Source: Tubiluchus corallicola
Lineage: Eukaryota; Animalia; Priapulida
Assembly (NCBI GenBank): GCA_030141605.1
Contig: JAQGDQ010001476.1
Coordinates: forward strand, 1 to 38,939
DNA length: 38,939 nt
Direction of reading: 5' to 3'
Under the pieces are notes generated by a model that saw nothing but the letters and a program-made list of their open reading frames with translations, was not told the origin of the DNA and made no database searches. Within the stretch, counting starts at the first letter, position 1, and each line of letters starts with the position of its first letter. The position numbers and the translations under genes were made by a program. Positions 35,015 to 38,939 of this stretch are shown here, in pieces.

Positions 35015-35342
35015 CCTTTTCACAGCTTCGCTGTGTGCACTCGCAGTAGCTGTCGCTCAAAGGTTAAGTGTACAACTGTCATGTGACATGTGGGTAAAGC
35101 AAGGCCGTTTACCGAATCAGTTCAGTAACTTCAGCAGTTGTTTTACGTGGACTTTACTTTATTATGCATTAGTACGTGCACAGGGTGATTAAGCAGCAGG
35201 ATCTTGCTTGGAAACGAGGAAAAATGAACTAAGTAAGGTTCTAGCTAGCTGTTAAAACATGTACACAAATGCTTTGTCTTATGCACCTAACCTTTGACCC
35301 TTTTCACGATCACCATCAATTGCTGCAATTGTGAGAAAAGGC
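35015..35342. mobile_element. Fold-back MITE family E
   Basis: CCTTTTCACAG...TCAAAGGTTAAGTGTAC...CCTAACCTTTGACC...TGTGAGAAAAGG. Confidence 0.78.
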
Positions 35343-35352
35343 ATATTATATA

Positions 35353-36192
35353 GAGAGTAATGTTGTCAGACAACGACCAGTGGCCGTACAAGTGGAGAGT
35401 AATGTTGTCAGACAACGACCAGTGGCCGTACAAGTGGAGAGTAATGTTGTCAGACAACGACCAGTGGCCGTACAAGTGGAGAGTAATGTTGTCAGACAAC
35501 GACCAGTGGCCGTACAAGTGGAGAGTAATGTTGTCAGACAACGACCAGTGGCCGTACAAGTGGAGAGTAATGTTGTCAGACAACGACCAGTGGACGTACA
35601 AGTGGAGAGTAATGTTGTCAGACAACGACCAGTGGCCGTACAAGTGGAGAGTAATGTTGTCAGACAACGACCAGTGGCCGTACAAGTGGAGAGTAATGTT
35701 GTCAGACATCGACCAGTGGCCGTACAAGTGGAGAGTAATGTTGTCAGACAACGACCAGTGGCCGTACAAGTGGAGAGTAATGTTGTCAGACAACGACCAG
35801 TGGCCGTACAAGTGGAGAGTAATGTTGTCAGACAACGACCAGTGGCCGTACACGTGGAGAGTAATGTTGTCAGACAACGACCAGTGGCCGTACAAGTGGA
35901 GAGTAATGTTGTCAGACAACGACCAGTGGCCGTACAAGTGGAGAGTAATGTTGTCAGACAACGACCAGTGGCCGTACAAGTGGAGAGTAATGTTGTCAGA
36001 CAACGACCAGTGGACGTACAAGTGGAGAGTAATGTTGTCAGACAACGACCAGTGGCCGTACAAGTGGAGAGTAATGTTGTCAGACAACGACCAGTGGACG
36101 TACAAGTGGAGAGTAATGTTGTCAGACAACGACCAGTGGCCGTACAAGTGGAGAGTAATGTTGTCAGACAACGACCAGTGGCCGTACAAGTA
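35353..36192. repeat. 42-bp minisatellite, 20 near-identical copies
   Basis: Unit GAGAGTAATGTTGTCAGACAACGACCAGTGGCCGTACAAGTG, head-to-tail with no spacers. Confidence 0.97.
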
Positions 36193-36508
36193 CTCAGGCT
36201 TCCTGGTTTTGCAGAGCCGATATTAAGTGAAATTTCCCGTCTTCACACTCCAAACTGGATGCCTGGTTTTACTTAATTTTTCCCCGTCAAAAGGGAGGGG
36301 CCCAGACCCTCTGGACTACCCTTATGATCTGATTCTGGATAGTAACTAACCGTTCTGAAAATCAGAGTCATTATCGAAAACGATTTATTTTATTACGATG
36401 AATGGTTGTTCTTTATTCGATATATCTGATTTTAACGATTTAGTTCAATGTTTTTAACCTTTTAAACTTACATAAAAAGTGCGAGCGAAACCCGGGCGAG
36501 TGAATGCC

Positions 36509-38688
36509 CTGAATTGAGCTTAATTTGTAGCAGTTTTAATGTATTCGGTTAGTTTTGCATACTGAATTGAGCTTAATTTGTAGCAGTTTTAATGTACTCG
36601 GTTACTTTTGCATACTGAACTGAGCTTTATTTGTAGCAGTTTTAATGTATTCGGTTACTTTTGCATACTGAATTGAGCTTAATTTGTAGCAGTTTTAATG
36701 TATTCGGTTACTTTTGCATACTGAACTGAGCTTAATTTGTAGCAGTTTTAATGTATTCGGTTACTTTTGCATACTGAACTGAGCTTAATTTGTAGCAGTT
36801 TTAATGTATTCGGTTACTTTTGCATACTGAACTGAGCTTAATTTGTAGCAGTTTTAATGTATTCGGTTAGTTTTGCATACTGAACTGAGCTTAATTTGTA
36901 GCTGTTTTAATGTATTCGGTTACTTTTGCATACTGAACTGAGCTTAATTTGTAGCAGTTTTAATGTATTCGGTTACTTTTGCATACTGAACTGAGCTTAA
37001 TTTGTAGCAGTTTTAATGTATTCGGTTACTTTTGCATACTGAACTGAGCTTAATTTGTAGCAGTTTTAATGTATTCGGTTAGTTTTGCATACTTAACTGA
37101 GCTTAATTTGTAGCTGTTTTAATGTATTCGGTTACTTTTGCATACTGAATTGAGCTTAATTTGTAGCAGTTTTAATGTATTCGGTTACTTTTGCATACTG
37201 AACTGAGCTTAATTTGTAGCAGTTTTAATGTATTCGGTTACTTTTGCATACTGAACTGAGCTTAATTTGTAGCAGTTTTAATGTATTCGGTTACTTTTGC
37301 ATACTGAACTGAGCTTAATTTGTAGCAGTTTTAATGTATTCGGTTACTTTTGCATACTGAATTGAGCTTAATTTGTAGCAGTTTTAATGTATTCGGTTAG
37401 TTTTGCATACTGAATTGAGCTTAATTTGTAGCAGTTTTAATGTATTCGGTTAGTTTTGCATACTGAATTGAGCTTAATTTGTAGCAGTTTTAATGTATTC
37501 GGTTAGTTTTGCATACTGAATTGAGCTTAATTTGTAGCAGTTTTAATGTATTCGGTTAGTTTTGCATACTGAATTGAGCTTAATTTGTAGCAGTTTTAAT
37601 GTATTCGGTTACTTTTGCATACTGAACTGAGCTTAATTTGTAGCAGTTTTAATGTATTCGGTTACTTTTGCATACTGAACTGAGCTTAATTTGTAGCAGT
37701 TTTAATGTATTCGGTTACTTTTGCATACTGAACTGAGCTTAATTTGTAGCAGTTTTAATGTATTCGGTTACTTTTGCATACTGAACTGAGCTTAATTTGT
37801 AGCAGTTTTAATGTATTCGGTTAGTTTTGCAACTGAATTGAGCTTAATTTGTCAGTTTTAATGTATTCGGTTAGTTTTGCATACTGAATTGAGCTTAATT
37901 TGTAGCAGTTTTAATGTATTCGGTTAGTTTTGCATATGAATTGAGCTTAATTTGTAGCAGTTTTAATGTATTCGGTTAGTTGCATACTGAATTGAGCTTA
38001 ATTTGTAGCAGTTTTAATGTATTCGGTTAGTTTTGCATACTGAATTGAGCTTAATTTGTAGCAGTTTTAATGTATTCGGTTAGTTTTGCATACTGAAATG
38101 AGCTTAATTTGTAGCAGTTTTAATGTATTCGGTTAGTTTTGCATACTGAATTGAGCTTAATTTGTAGCAGTTTTAATGTATTCGGTTACTTTTGCATACT
38201 GAACTGAGCTTAATTTGTAGCAGTTTTAATGTATTCGGTTACTTTTGCATACTGAACTGAGCTTAATTTGTAGCAGTTTTAATGTATTCGGTTACTTTTG
38301 CATACTGAACTGAGCTTAATTTGTAGCAGTTTTAATGTATTCGGTTAGTTTTGCATACTGAACTGAGCTTAATTTGTAGCAGTTTTAATGTATTCGGTTA
38401 GTTTTGCATACTGAACTGAGCTTAATTTGTAGCAGTTTTAATGTATTCGGTTAGTTTTGCATACTGAACTGAGCTTAATTTGTAGCAGTTTTAATGTATT
38501 CGGTTAGTTTTGCATACTGAATTGAGCTTAATTTGTAGCAGTTTTAATGTATTCGGTTAGTTTTGCATACTGAATTGAGCTTAATTTGTAGCAGTTTTAA
38601 TGTATTCGGTTAGTTTTGCATACTGAATTGAGCTTAATTTGTAGCAGTTTTAATGTATTCGGTTACTTTTGCATACTGAACTGAGCTT
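36509..38688. repeat. 53-bp satellite, about 41 copies
   Basis: Unit CTGAA(T/C)TGAGCTTAATTTGTAGCAGTTTTAATGTATTCGGTTA(G/C)TTTTGCATA. Confidence 0.97.
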
Positions 38689-38807
38689 CTGGTGTATCAT
38701 GGCATTGCACCTGAGCAAGTAATGGTGCAAAACATCTACAAAGAAATATAAGCAAATACCATTTATGGTCAACTTTAATTTAAATACCCTAGAATAGGTG
38801 CGTTAGA
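38681..38807 (-). pseudogene. Inverted, truncated duplicate of ZER1-like exon 7 with its upstream intron
   Basis: Reverse complement TCTAACGCACCTATTCTAGGGTATTTAAAT...TTTCTTTGTAG|ATGTTTTGCACCATTACTTGCTCAGGTGCAATGCCATGATACACCAGAAGCTCAG matches 32360-32486. It encodes CFAPLLAQVQCHDTPEAQ and then runs into the satellite (TAA at 38663-38665). Confidence 0.85.
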
Positions 38808-38939
38808 TCATTCAACCTGTTCAGCTGGGTATTTTCTTTACTTACGAAGAAACACGACTATCGAGAACTACACCAGTACGGTATATGCAAGCGTACGTAA
38901 GCAGTGTACTTCGTTCAGTTACGTATTGCTGTATTCACT

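Noticed and set aside
35287-36276. 288-300 aa repeat proteins on both strands
   Set aside because: The unit length is divisible by 3, so frames stay open by chance; no splice or homology support.
36478-36505. Helitron 3'-end hairpin (GCGAGCGAAACCCGGGCGAG)
   Set aside because: No terminal CTAG and no other supporting Helitron sequence seen.
35353-38688. 42-bp and 53-bp arrays as CRISPR arrays
   Set aside because: Units are head-to-tail with no unique spacers, there are no cas genes, and the context is eukaryotic.

Overview
AT-rich, repeat-dense genomic DNA from an invertebrate animal, with spliceosomal introns, SINE/LINE/MITE relics and many tandem arrays; nothing looks prokaryotic. It holds two genes. 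(1) The last three exons of a tektin-4-like gene (+, 2833-5367). (2) A candidate multi-exon gene (+, about 9475-33903) that I assembled by hand from GT-AG sites. A ~2-kb exon encodes ankyrin repeats plus a cGAS-like (cGLR/Mab-21) nucleotidyltransferase with intact catalytic acidic residues. It joins in frame (phase 0 donor CAG|GTAAGT at 15884/15885) to eight phase-compatible exons encoding the C-terminal armadillo region of ZER1/Zyg-11, which is the N-terminal-glycine (Gly/N-degron) binding module. The predicted ANK-cGLR-ZER1(ARM) protein of roughly 1,040 aa or more is the main candidate for an undescribed system: a cyclic-dinucleotide synthase possibly gated by a peptide N-terminus sensor. 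The splice model is inferred from sequence alone and needs transcript evidence. The 3' end of the locus is rearranged, with 33-bp arrays built from an exon/intron junction, a chimeric duplicated exon, and an inverted exon copy that runs into a 53-bp satellite.
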